NCBI GenBank assembly: GCA_026770705.1
Contig: JANJGN010000100.1
Location: 1,054,001-1,118,000, forward strand
Length of the DNA: 64,000 bases
Reading direction: 5' to 3'
Source: Isurus oxyrinchus
Taxonomy: Eukaryota
The notes under the pieces were generated by a model, which was not told the DNA's origin, made no database searches, and saw only the letters and a program-made list of their open reading frames with translations. A program made the position numbers and the translations under genes. The number at the start of each line of letters is the position of its first letter. Position 1 is the first letter of the stretch. Below, one piece after another: positions 25,870 through 38,288 of the stretch.

Positions 25870-27290
25870 ATTCTCTGCAGAGTGCTTAAGTGTACAGTGG
25901 AAATGTTCTATTTGCTCTCTACTCACGCTCTTGCATGAATTTTCTTATGCCTTCCACCATTTTACCAGTTATCAGATCACTGGAATAAACCTTCGCTTTG
26001 AAACCAATTTCTCCACCTCTGCATTCCCACCAGGACCATCTCAATGTCTTCACATTACTGTCTTGCGTGAAGGTCCACCCAGTCGACATTCAGAACCGCA
26101 CACATTCACCTGGATGAAGGTTTTATTACAGCGAATAACTTCTCATTTATCTCCACTCAGTTCCAACAAATAAACACTTTTGACCTGTGTATCCTCATGG
26201 GTCCCAGCTATGTTTGCCTTTTTATATGATATGAGGAACATTTCGTTGTTACAATCATTCTCATGTCTCAAATATTCACTCTTTTGGTGAATGATTGATA
26301 AAAGGATCAGTGCCGTTCGTACTGATGTCCAATGTCTGTCATTCGATTTACAGTGACAGGTAGCATGACACCACCCGCAAGTAGTCAATAATCCCCCTTT
26401 CCACGGCAGCATTCGGAACAGGCCATTTATTCACTGCCACCTTGATTTACTCCAGAATAACTCTCAGACCAGGTTTCACACAGCAGATATTAAATTAAAT
26501 TCTCGTTAAATCAGAGGAAAGGCACTTTGTCCCACCGCCCTTCTCAACGCCCAAGACCTCAAATACTATTTCCAGTTGAAACACTGGTTTCTGCGCAATG
26601 CTTCCCATTGGATATTCGGCGTTCTTTCCTCAAGATGCAGTTTCAACGAGGTAATGGAAAACAAAACAGGGAGGATGATGTTTTTCCAGAGCACCTCCAT
26701 TCAGTCCACAAACGTGACACCAAGTCCCTGATCGCTTGTCACTCTATTCATCTGCTACACTCTCACTTGGAACCCTCTGTGTACGGCCATCTTCATTTAT
26801 CCTAATGAAGATTGAGGAATACTATCCAATCCTTCATTTAGGAACTGAAGAACATTCTTCAGATCAAGTTCAGAAGTTGTGGATATTAACCATCTTCTCC
26901 CAGTAATCTGTTATTTGTTCTCTATTTATGTTATTTGTTTTAATTTTTTTTCGGCAGTAGCAGTTGGTGATGCTTCTACTATTCCTTTTTTGCAAATCTT
27001 CTAGGCATATTACAGGCGATTTTACTTCCTCCATTAACAACTTATTTCACATTTCACAATTTCCCGCCCCTCTTGTCGTTTAATCTTTTCTGCCTTCCAC
27101 TCCAACATATAGCTAACTTAATTTTCTTTTGTCTCACGTCCTTCACTACAAAAGTACATATCATCATTACAAAAAAAAAACAGTTGCTTTACTTTTTCCA
27201 GTTTTTATGAAAGGATATTAACCTGAAACCTTTAACGTCCAATTCTTCTAAATTTCTTCCCTTTTCGTCTGGCCAAATTAAGCAGAGTTG
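25870..27290 (+). mobile_element. Old decayed Penelope-like element (RT, GIY-YIG remnants and 3' UTR)
   Basis: NNFSF.STQFQQI and MGPSYVCLF RT-like fragments at ~26130-26220. FPEHLHSVHKRD..LIACH parallels the young copy. A decayed hammerhead-like tail lies at ~27200-27240. Confidence 0.65.
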
Positions 27291-29039
27291 CTCTCAATAT
27301 GCGCAGGACATTCAGTCATGATAGATTGAATGTGCATAGTCTCCATTGTGCACGCCTACGTTCACTGTAGACCGGTGAAGCCCGGTTACCAACCTTGTGT
27401 ACATGTTTAATTGCTCATACTCACTCAGTCTGTGAAAATAAAGTCCAACATTCAAGACAGAATGTTCAATTCCTGTTCAGCCCCTTTTGACAGAGACAGG
27501 GCCTGTAAGACTATAATGAGTGTGAACTGGCCCAGGTCGGGACAATGATATTCATTGCAGAATATTCTCTTCTCGATCTCTGTGTTCAGAATGAACTACT
27601 TTAAATGGGCATTTTTATTTTCGGTGTGAACTGCCCCTGTTCAGCGCAATTAGCTTCAATCTGTGCAATCCAAATGCATCACTTGTCAGTAGAACAGCAG
27701 GTCATAACCTCGGAAGTCCGAGGGGAGAAATAAATTCATGACTCTACAAAGTTCCGCCAAATCTGCAAGGCATACATTAGTGGCGGGATGGAACAGTTGC
27801 CTTTTCCCCAGGTGTGGGAAGTTCTACTGAAAATCAAGAAGTTTCGCTAACATTCAGGGCAACACAGCCAGCTTGATTGCCACCCCATTTATCTGTCAAA
27901 CCCAATATCGCTCCCACTGGAACATCTGGGGTGACATGTGTAACAATCCAGGAGATGAACCGTAATAATAGGTAGATGGAGGTATGCTGGTAATGTCACA
28001 AGATTAGCAATCATGAATGGGAGGCTAATACACTTGTGACATTGTTTCAAATTTCACCATGGCAGATAATTCAACTAATGCAAATGAAACATCAAACAAG
28101 TCACAGAAATTGTGCTCACAACAATCATCGATTGTTGGAAGCAACCACCCGCTTCACTAATGTCCTTTAGGGAAGATAATGTACCGTCTTTCCCTAATCT
28201 GGCTTGCATGTGACTGTAGGCCCATAGCAACGTAGTTGAGTCTTACGTTCCCTCAAATTGGCAACAGATGTGGCCTTGCCAGCAATGACCACACCTCCTG
28301 AAATGAATAAAAAAAAAGTAAATGTCAACTTGTCAAGTATTCTGCAACAGCAGCTGTCACATTCCAGACTCTACTGTGTGGACAGACAAAGACAGCAGGC
28401 TCAGTGGAACACCAGCAGCTGAAAATGTCTTCTATTTCATTCGCAATCCAAGCTTGGAAATATTCTTCGCCGCTTGGTCCAAATCTGAAACGCCCTGTCT
28501 CACAGCAATATGGGTTTCCATATTGCACAATAACGAAAAGCGCCCAAGATGGCAGCTCACCACCACATTCTAGAGGCAATTAGCAATGGGCAAGAATGAT
28601 TGGCCATGTCACAGATGGCCATATCCTACGAATGAATAAGAAGGCAGGATCAGTACTGATCAAAGACAATATGGCAGCCCTGGAGAGAATGTCATCAGTA
28701 CTTCAACGACCTAAACAAACTAGTGGGCAATAATAAATTATGATTGAATCATCACAGTTCCTGGACTATTTCATAGGTCAGAAGGCAGTGGGAAGACGAT
28801 AGAAGTTTGGCTTCCATGAATTAAATAAAAAGATGCAAAAATACATTTCAGATTGATGTTATGGCTAGACTATCATTTTCCACTGCGACCACTCTTTGTA
28901 CATTTACACACATGCGCTCCAATATTCACAAGTATACACATGCAGTCAACATACATATTCACAATATACACATGAGGTCAATATTACGTTATTATTGGAT
29001 AACCTGATGAATACACCATCAGTGGCCACACGCATTTGC

Positions 29040-29420
29040 TCAATACGATAGAATTTAAGGGCAAAAATTGGGAAATTTTCGTTTAAATCATGCCCTTCCA
29101 GACCGAATAACGCCAACTGATATTTCTTGCATCCACCCAGGAGAGTGCAAATTCCTTGAGTTCAGAATCTTCCGGGTGGATGGAACCTCCGCCAATGCAG
29201 CTCGCCATGAATACTGCTCTGAACTATCACAGATTTTACGCTTGCACTGAAGCCCCAAAGAAATCGACTTTACGCCACATCCCTTTTCTTTTTCAACTCT
29301 CAAAGGGTCAACATTCCATGGGAGGACAGAGAAAGCACTTAAACGAAACTCTGAAGCTCTCCTTGAAGTACGGCGTCATTCACATTTATAACTGGGAGTA
29401 GCTTTCTACCAATGATGAAA
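29040..29420 (+). mobile_element. RTE-clade LINE 3' ORF fragment
   Basis: GGQRKHLNETLKLSLK resembles the RTE C-terminal GGQKKR.KDTLK.SLK motif. Confidence 0.55.
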
Positions 29421-29439
29421 AAAAATGATGGAGCTTTGT

Positions 29440-30660
29440 ATCACTCTGCTTGTAATGCAGAATAGACTGCTGCGGCTTCATTTGGTTAGATTAAATTATT
29501 ATTTCCTTTGCTGGACAGCACACACTTGAATAGTTTCCAAATATTAGGTCATTGCCAGTTTTCTAAGCTGTACCGAAGGATCTTCGCTATGCTTGTTTTG
29601 GAGCATAAGTATTCGCTTCTACAGCTGGAATTTTTTATTTTATGGCTCCTTGCCTTGGTGACATTCTGTGTCTTCAACCGTCTTTAATATCAAGTAGAAT
29701 CAATCGAATTGGCTGATGTCAGGCACCTGGGAAAGTGCAGACCTCAGGCCGAGATGGATCATGCACTCGGAGGCTCTGGCCGAAGGTGGATTAAAATCCT
29801 TCAGCCTTGCCTTTTTGCACTGATGCGCTTGCCTTCAGCTATCCTTAAGACTGGGAATATGTGGAAAAGCCTCCTTCACTTAATTCTTCTCTTTTCCATC
29901 ACTATTGATGACTGGCTGTGGAAGGATTCGAGATACTTGATCTGATCCGTTGGCTGGAGGATCTCCTGGCGCTGCAAATCGCATGCTGTTTCTGCTGCTT
30001 AGCATGCGCATGTTGCTGTGTTTATGCTTCAACTGGTTGGACCCTCCTTTTATATATCTGGTGGGTTCTGCCCCTGGCATTCTCTCCAACAACCATCACT
30101 TCATCAGAATTGATCCCTTCAACTATTGTTAATGTCAGGGTGAGGTATATACCGGGCCACAAGTTTACCAACTATGATTTGAAAAACTGCTATGGCTGCT
30201 GTTGGCTCACTGCTCCTCATGAAAACCCGGTTTTGATTTTCTGGATTTGATCTGAACCTCGCCCATGTAGTACCATGGTAGCGCCGCACAACATGATAGA
30301 TTGTAACCGTTTTCATATTTACACGAACTGTGTATTGGAGGCTCATTCTAATACTGTGGTGGACAGGTGCATCTGCGACACTTAGACTACTTAGGATCAG
30401 GTTACTTATGTTCTTCCCTGTTTTTGGCTCTCTCACCACTTACCACAGGAACAATCTGGTAGATATTTCCTTGGGCTTTCGGCCTGTTCGGTTAGTATCG
30501 GTAATTCTGAGTCACGCTTGGTGGTGGACTTTGAAGCCCCCTAACCCTCAATAGGTTCTGCGACCTTGCAATCCTTCAGGGTCTTGCAAGTGGTGCTCAG
30601 CATGTAGAAGTGCTGACTCATCAGCCATTATGGAGGGTGCGTGGTCGTGTGGAGTGGGGG
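29440..30660 (-). mobile_element. LINE ORF2 fragment (endonuclease and linker)
   Basis: GGFKVHHQ (~GDFNVHH), MVREPKTGKNISNLIL (~PTRG.NILDL.L) and SIRMS (~SD H) APE motifs. Confidence 0.6.
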
Positions 30661-31780
30661 GAAATCAGCTGGAGGCACTTGTTCAAAAAACATATTGTGC
30701 AAATCAACAGAACTATGACCAGAGATGTTGCACAGCTAGTGTCATTGTGAATAATTTAAACTGAATTGGCGAGTGTCTGCTCACCAAATTACAGAAATAA
30801 ACGCGAGCTACAAGATGAAGAAAGCAATGAGAGTTTTGGATAGTGCTAGACAAGCAACATTTAAATTACTCGATAGAAAATACTACGAGGACTATGAAGA
30901 TTGGAATGTTTAAAAGAGTGGGAGGAGGCCTATTGATTTCAAAAGCCAAGCAGCACATGAATAATTGTGGCTGATGGCACTTAACCCAGGAAATGGTAAA
31001 TTTTGTAAAAGGGCCAGTGAGGAGCAATACCCACTTAATGCCAAGGTTTTAAAGAGTGTAGAAGGACAGAGGGACGTGGGGGTTGGGTGGGGGGGGGGGG
31101 GGGGGGGTGGGGCACGTGACATGTGAAGGGGCCTTGACAAGTTGAGAGTATTGTTACAACAGGCTTTGGAATTTCAGACTTCATAAATCGGAAATTGAGC
31201 ATAAATATGGGGAATCTGTACTGAAGCAATTTACATTCTGATTAGAACGAAATTAAATTGTTGTGTCCGTTTCTTGTCACCATCCTCCAAGTAAGGTGTT
31301 TGTGTCCTTGAGATGGTGTAGAGGAGAATTACCTGAATGGTTCCAGAGGAGAGGCGTCTTGGCAGCAATATTCGGTGAGTGAAGTTTGGGTTGTTTTCTT
31401 TGGAGGAAAGGGAATTGACGGGACTTTTGATAGCGATTTACTAGTTTAAACAGGTTCAGATGATGGAGACAATAGCAAATATGTCCCCAGTTGCTGATCC
31501 TAAAGTTACTTGCGCACAAAGTATTAATGTTCTTGCGAAACCTGCCGGCAGCATGTGACAAACAAAAATGTTTATGTAGCGAGTGATCAAGACCTCAAGG
31601 CTCTGCCTATGAATGTGGTGGAGACGGAGATAACTCGTGATTTTCAATAGAATTATGATAGTTACTTGATGGAAATAAACAAATAGGGCAATTTATATAA
31701 AATGGGGAGGGGCGTGACTGAATTGCACTTGTGAAAGCCTGAATGTGTACAAACGGCTGAATGAATTGCTTCTGTCTCGA
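30660..31780 (+). mobile_element. Decayed CR1 LINE with an internal G-run
   Basis: Remnants of the GVPQ and YCV.FWSP motifs, plus 3' UTR. Confidence 0.5.
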
Positions 31781-31849
31781 AAGGTCTTGGTAAATTTATC
31801 ACGTTAGTGTTTCCCAATGTTAACAAGCGAATGCAGAAGGCATTCACAA

Positions 31850-32600
31850 TGCCTTGCTCTATCACCGTGGTCCTGTATCGTCCCAAAACAATTTTGACGG
31901 CCCAGTCCTCTCACTACAGGCCTCACTGAATCCAAAAAAAGTCATTATTTTCTTCCTTTCTTTATAGTCATAGAACCCTTAGGTTCACACTTGCTGCATT
32001 CTCACTCCAACGTTGTATCAATGAATAAGTCTCAGCTCTCTCTTTATAGGCCTGTCACAGTTCAAAACCTTTCACATTGACTTACAATTCGCAACAACAA
32101 AAAACAATTCACTCCACCCTGTTTTCTTAGTATAAGCATCTGACAATCTGAAATATCTCACACTGCTTTTTCTTTCTCACTATAATACTGCACCAATCCA
32201 AAACAATTCATCATTTTCTTCCCTCTCATTATAGGCCTGCATTAATGCAGAACAATTTGCCCTGCCCGTCTTTCGTACTACAGCCCAGTATTCAGTCAGA
32301 AATATTCCTATGCCTCTGCTCTCTCATTATAGCACGTACCGAACGTAATCAATTAACACTTCCCATGACCATTACAAAATCTAACATTGATCCTACTGCC
32401 TCACACACTCCCAAATGCCCTGTATGAATTCAAAACAATTCAGACTGCTGTGTATCCGTCACAGGGATGTTTACATCTGGATCCGAACGTTCCAGGCTCT
32501 CCCCAGAGCCGCATATCAAACAGAAAATAATCTCATCACTTTGCAGATCCTGCTACTCATACCCTGTATTAATCCCAGGCACATTATTGTGCAACATATT
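31850..32600. repeat. Degenerate ~50-bp tandem repeat array
   Basis: The motif ctctcaYtaYagg/c...ccaaaacaatt recurs at ~31909, 31956, 32038, 32172, 32222, 32272 and 32320. Confidence 0.6.
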
Positions 32601-33241
32601 TTCTTCAAAAACCGGCAAAGCATCTCCAGTGTAAAGTATCTCCAGCATCTCAATCTCTTTTGATGGTGGTTAGTTGTACCAATCTGATCTCTGTCAGAGG
32701 CCCAATGCACTGTAATATTGCACAGTGCAATAAGGAATGGTGGAAAGGGTGCACAGGATTTAATAAACACTGGAAAATTATTAGCTTTTTTCCAGAAGAA
32801 CAGATACCCGTTGATCCAGAAAGTAGAACAACAACATCCCTTCATTTGTTGCCTGGGTGAACATGAATTAACCTCCAACAAATTTTGAGATCGAGCTCAT
32901 ATAATAACCTTCATCTGTAGCTGAAAAACTCAACGTGGAGCAGATGGAACTTTATTGTTGAGTGATTGATAACTTGATGTTTAATGAAGATCACAGTGAG
33001 GACAGATTACTATAAATGGGAATGTTTGTGACACTGCTAAAGGGAGGGCACCTGTTAGTAAATTGCGATATTTGTGTCAATGCTACAGCAAGGTAGCAAG
33101 TGAGTACATTAGGATATTCTTTCATCTGCCCCATTATGAACATCTTGCCACTAATTCAAAAGTTTCATCCTTATGTTTACACAAAGAATGCCAGAGATAT
33201 GGTCATAAGACCAACATATTGCAGGACGTGTTTTACTGTAT

Positions 33242-34143
33242 TTATTGAACCAATTTACCAATTAGAGTGATAGGATATTCCAATATATTTCTTAACTGTT
33301 CCCTAAATTTCCTCTGGGTCACGGCATAAATAAACGTGTTTGTGCAGCAACTCAGCAACTGAAGCATATTTGCACTTTCTCGGAGAATATATTTGGGGTC
33401 ACTGAAACTTTTGATTTCATAATTGTTTGTAAATCGGTCATGAAAGAACTGTACAACATACGTTATCCACAACAGGATGAAACTACTCGAAATAGCAAAG
33501 AGTAAAATGATGGACTTTCTCCGATTCTCCATCTCTGGGTCATTCTTATTCTCTCTATTGCTTTGGGCCCAGAGTCGCCTGCGGGCTGTGTTTACCAATA
33601 GAATGTGCCTGACCGTCAGCACATTCAGCAAAAGAATCAAAAAGAAAGAGAGGCAAGGAGTTAAAATACGGTCTGACCAATCAAACGCTGTCCACACAAC
33701 TGAAGTATAACGTATATCCTTCAGTCTGCAATACCATGGTACATTGTCCAATATGTAAATCGGTTGGTGTATAAAATACCAGGGAATACATTTAAAACAA
33801 ACCAGTGCACAAACCATTCCTATCACCACAGCCGCCGTTTTCTCAGTGCAATATTTTGTTTTCAGCTTCTCATAAGAAATGGCCACAAACCGATCGAATG
33901 TGAAAGCGACTGTTAACCAGACGGAACTGTCTCTGGTTGCATGAATTAATGTAATGCTGAGGCTGCACACGGGAGTGATGGACATAAAACTACCTGGAGA
34001 ATAAATGCCAGGAATCCGATTTATTATGACTGCAGTGATAATAACGAGGAGATCAGTCACTGCCATGGACACCAGGTACTGAGTGATACATTTGGAGAGG
34101 CCGCACTTTCCTCGGGACAGGATCGCAATAGCCACCAAATTAA
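33242..34143 (-). CDS. Intact GPR139/GPR142-like class A GPCR (copy 3), coding exon 2 (TM1 to C-terminus)
   Basis: Polypyrimidine acceptor ...ctctctatcttccctgcag|TT AAT TTG at 34144/34143. Uninterrupted frame to TAA at 33242. 7TM motifs: VNLVAI (N1.50), MAVTDLL (D2.50), PVC, SSVWLTVAFTFDRF (compare GPR139 TSIWITVPLTIDRY), IPWYF, TPC, FILLW, ANMLQLLSCCTNTFIY (compare ANMLALLNTAINFFLY) and helix 8 QRKFREQL. Confidence 0.93.
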
Positions 34144-36589
34144 CTGCAGGGAAGATAGAGAGGGAAGTTACAGAATACTCACCCAGCAGAAGTATTACAT
34201 TGATTTGAATTATATAACTCTCCCCCTTGTTATGCAATGGGGCAGGGGTCTTTGCAGGTAAAACAAACATATGTAAATCAATTAGGAAAATAAATAGGTT
34301 AATAAAATGCAAATATCAATACATAAACATAGGCGATTGTGTACTGACATATGAAAATGATTAAAAAGCAATGCATTCATATTTCAGATAATGTATTACA
34401 ATTGCATAACCAACAGAATAGCAAATTGAAGACAATTCAAAACAGCTTCATAATCACTTTTACAACGAAGGAAACAAAGTTGGAGGAGACTTACATCGTT
34501 GTTCGCCCAGAGAGTTAGTTGAATGGATCAGAGCACATTACATTACAGCTACAATAGACCAGCATAATGATTTTGGCTTCACATGCTCAACTGAAACTGT
34601 TTACATGTTGTTTTGGAACTGATGAGATCAGTCAAGAAAGGATTATTGTCCAAAGAAAAATTAGGGCTATTGGCCCCATTTTAATCCAATGTTTAACTTT
34701 CATCAATACAACGTGTTTATAGCATTGCATGTGCAAAGCAGGACTCCTGAATATTTCTAATGTCCGCATAAATTATGAGCTATGATCGTTGAGTCAGGTT
34801 TCAATAATTCCCGAACTAAGAGCACTCTGAACTGAAAAAGATTTGACAGCTTGAAATGAACATTCGCATTTTAATATAAGAACTCTTCCAAGATTGTTCA
34901 TGAACAGTGTCACAGAAGCAAATGGATAAACTATTAAGTCTGAGAAGGTAAAGTTCGATATACATTTCCCGACCTGTGTTTCTAAATGGAAGGTTGACTG
35001 GCCTGGCTGCTGTACAGAAAATCTATAGTCCTTGAGGGAAATGAGAAATCTGCACTCTAGAAAGAATTTCCATGTCTTGAGCGAGGATTATTTGAGGATC
35101 AAATAATCAGAAATGGAAATTTCAAGGATGGCACAAGGATCAGGAACCGCTTTTAGAGTGAAAGGAGTTTTCAGGTGAAATGTCCCACAGCAGAGAATTT
35201 TCAAAGAGAATTCAGAGCTAAGGTGAATGGAAGGAATAGCGAGACTGGGATGCATGTTCCTGGACATGTATTATTCATCACTGCTGTCACTGAATTCATT
35301 GCTCTGATTGGTCAAACCAGAATGAGCTGCAACTTACCTTCATTAAGTTAATTACATCAAACCAAATGATTACTTCACCTCTGAATTTATCAAGTCAGCA
35401 ATTGTTAATTTCTTATATTATTTAGCCAAACAGTTGGTGATTAAATTTTCATACATTCCCCGAAAAGACGCATTTCAGAACCAAGCCTCTAAATTAACTA
35501 TATACTAAATACAGCACATTAACAATTAATGTCTGAACAATAGCCATTCCTAGCCATTCTGACAGCATCCGGTCAGAATTGATACACTTTTTATTTCCAG
35601 TTAATTCTTACAAGCATGCCAATTAATTAATGCCCCATCTGCTTTTTCACATTCTTTTCAGTTCTGAGATAGTCAGGAGGTCTGGTTTCGCATCACCATC
35701 TTCCACTTACAGGATTTGGAACATTCTCACTTTAATGATGGGATTGCATTTGAAATCATCACCGGCGTCCTCATATGTTAAACAACACATTAACTGTTCA
35801 TGGTTTTTGTTTCCACAAACGCCAAACATACAGACCATTCAGTTGCAGCAGGGGTAGTAAGTGTATTCACTCCATGTACCGGCGCGGTTTCATATCACTT
35901 ACTGTACTGTTTAATTATAGTTAACAACTAAAATTAACTACATTACAAAATGATCGAGTTAAATAGTGGAGCAAGATCGAGAGCCGAATGATTTCCTACG
36001 TTCCAATGAAAAGAAAATTAACAACATGAGTGTTAACATTTTCAATCCTCTCCAAACCAGCATATATTTTGTGTGTCGACGCATTTCATGAAATCACGCC
36101 TTGTTAGTCTCACTCTAATTTTAATTTCATTGCACGATCTTTTAGATTTACGCACGAGAGGAAAGTAAGATTTTATCTACACAACAGATCCTTTCGGTAT
36201 CATATCCCTCTCTTCATACAGCATGCTCCTTGTCCTGGGATTGCCAATTATGCTTTATGCCGTGACATCACGAGGGAGTGATCTGATGGGGAAAACCGTA
36301 ATAATGAACTCATTCAGTAGTGGGATTCAACTCGTTTTATTAACAGCATTTGGCACCACGTCCTTCCATGCGGCCAGTTGAGCCAAAAGTCCCCAATGAC
36401 ATACTCCCATTATCATTGTAATGAATCTGCGCTGCAAACGCCCCAGCCCCTAAACCTCCGCCAACTGAAGCCGATTATTCCTTTCTGAGCTTCGCAACTT
36501 GGAGCTGAATTCAGTCTTAGCAGGCTTTTTGTACTCTGGAAACTGACAGCATTCATTCAGGTAGCGATTAGCATGTGGCAATAATTTAC

Positions 36590-36659
36590 CTGGAACAGCG
36601 ATAGCTGCAAGGGCAGTGTAGTAAACGGCATATACCAAACCTCTTGGCGGGGCGTGCAT
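36590..36659 (-). CDS. Copy 3 coding exon 1: MHAPPRGLVYAVYYTALAAIAVP(V). The spliced product is 323 aa.
   Basis: ATG at 36659, 70 nt, ending CCAG|GTAAAT. The phase-1 junction G+TT gives Val in frame with exon 2, and 70+902=972 nt. Homologous 70-nt exons precede three paralogues. The intron spans 34144-36589. Confidence 0.88.
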
Positions 36660-36727
36660 TGTCAAAGAGAAGCAGCGCTTAGTTGTTGGGATCCTCCACG
36701 TGCACTGTTCGACATTCAAAGAATCCA

Positions 36728-36764
36728 TTATTATACCTCATGTCAATCCCAAGAGACATAATTG
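36728..36764 (-). promoter_or_regulatory. Putative proximal promoter of the intact receptor: homeodomain site, O/E(Ebf)-like site and TATA-like box
   Basis: The gene strand reads CAATTA-tg-TCTCTTGGGA-11 nt-TATAATAA, about 70 nt upstream of the ATG. Confidence 0.55.
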
Positions 36765-37067
36765 CATATTATCAACATTTCTATAAATTAGTCACTGAAC
36801 AAACATGTTTGTTGACATAACCACTTACATTATGTACAGTCGCTGAATAAATAATTAAACGTAGTCAATTATATCTCTAGTTTTGATGCATTCAAGTGCA
36901 TAGAAACAATGTCCCAATTATTTAAAGGTAAAGTTGATAACTTGAAGGAGTAACACTTGCTTTTGCAACTTCAATCTCACTCCAAAACTATTGACTCTTA
37001 CGTACTGTCTGAACTCTGGCCATGAGATTCAGTCATTTGCATCAAGCAGTATTTAAAATGAACGATT

Positions 37068-38288
37068 TTTCTGTTGTAACGTTGCTAGACACCTGCAAGT
37101 ACCACACCTGAAGAACAGAAGTAAGGAACCTTGTGTCCTCCTTGTAACCAAGATTCCACCCACTATGCTCCCCTGGTAAAGCCACATTCCTGAACTCGAC
37201 AAAGGAAGCCATTGCACCTGCACAAGCAATACTACAAACTCAAGATATTCACTTCAGGTATGCTAGGTCCCAGCTCCAGTGTTTTACCCGGTTTAACTGC
37301 TCTATTCCTTTCTACCTGCTAGAGTTAGAGCTAACAAAAATAGTTCTGCACCAGGTGACTCTGCATATTAATCCTCACAAGCGTCTGGATCCCGGCGCTA
37401 AATTTGGGAGAGCTGATGCAACCCTAATTCAGCAGCAACCAGACATAGACTTACACTCTGATCATGTCATCAGCCAATCTGCTGCAACAGCATCCCTGGA
37501 TTTGGCCTATCTCAGAAATACAACAACAACATTTAGATGTGACATTCAGACACAGTTAGGATCGTGTGGCGCAGAGAGTCAACATTATTGAGAATGCATT
37601 TCAAAGCTTTTAAGGTGCAGTAAGGATATCTCATTTTATTTAGAATAATGCTTTAATTGGAAAATTTAAAAAAGAGTTTAAAGTCAGTTTCAAAATGCCT
37701 CCAAGGTACCAAATGGTATTGTACATTTTAAAACAGGTCTTCTCTTCGGAGGGGCAAAGGACAATCTTTTATTTAATGATGGTTCGCTCAGGTCTCCTCA
37801 GGAGATAGCAAATGCTTTTTTTTTTTTCCGATGCCTTATCACAAATAAATGAATGTGTCTTAACCAGGACGAAACCTAAGAATGAGAGGTAGGAGAGAGT
37901 CTGCTTGAAGTGTCATTCCCTTATTTGGGAGATGACTTGGCATTTTCTACAAGTTTTGTGATTACAACGGCCATCATAGTTTACCTGCTAAAAACATTGA
38001 ATTTGTTAAGAAATTGGCTACAATAATGATACCCATGTTGAAGAAGCATCTCTCCAGGGAGAGACAGAGAAAGCAGCCTGAAAAGAGCTACTGTAAAGTT
38101 CTGCTGTAAAGTAACTAGGCAGTTACAAATGCCACACCTGCAGAACAGAAGTAAGGGGGCTTCTGCCCTCCCTGTAAACATGATTCAACCTACTAAGCTC
38201 ACCTGGTAAAGCAACATTTGGCAAAAAGACAGTGGAAGCCATCGCACCTGAACAGCCAAAACGACAACCTCAAGCTATTCAATTTAGA
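37068..38288 (+). repeat. Pair of ~190-bp diverged direct repeats (37068-37258 and 38099-38288)
   Basis: ccacacctg.agaacagaagtaagg...gattc.acc.acta.gctc.cctggtaaagc.acatt...ggaagccat.gcacctg occurs at an offset of 1030 bp. Confidence 0.8.

Noticed and set aside
31850-32600. CRISPR-like repeat-spacer array
   Set aside because: Units are degenerate along their whole length with no identical repeats or unique spacers. The context is eukaryotic and has no cas genes.
34144-34312. N-terminal 56 aa of the 356-aa ORF as real coding sequence
   Set aside because: It starts at a non-ATG codon, lies upstream of a strong splice acceptor and has no counterpart in the paralogues. It is intron read-through.
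33242-36659. Assigning the symbol GPR139 to the intact gene
   Set aside because: Similarity is at motif level only. The protein lacks the long conserved GPR139 C-tail and sits in a multi-copy cluster, so orthology is unsupported without a tree.
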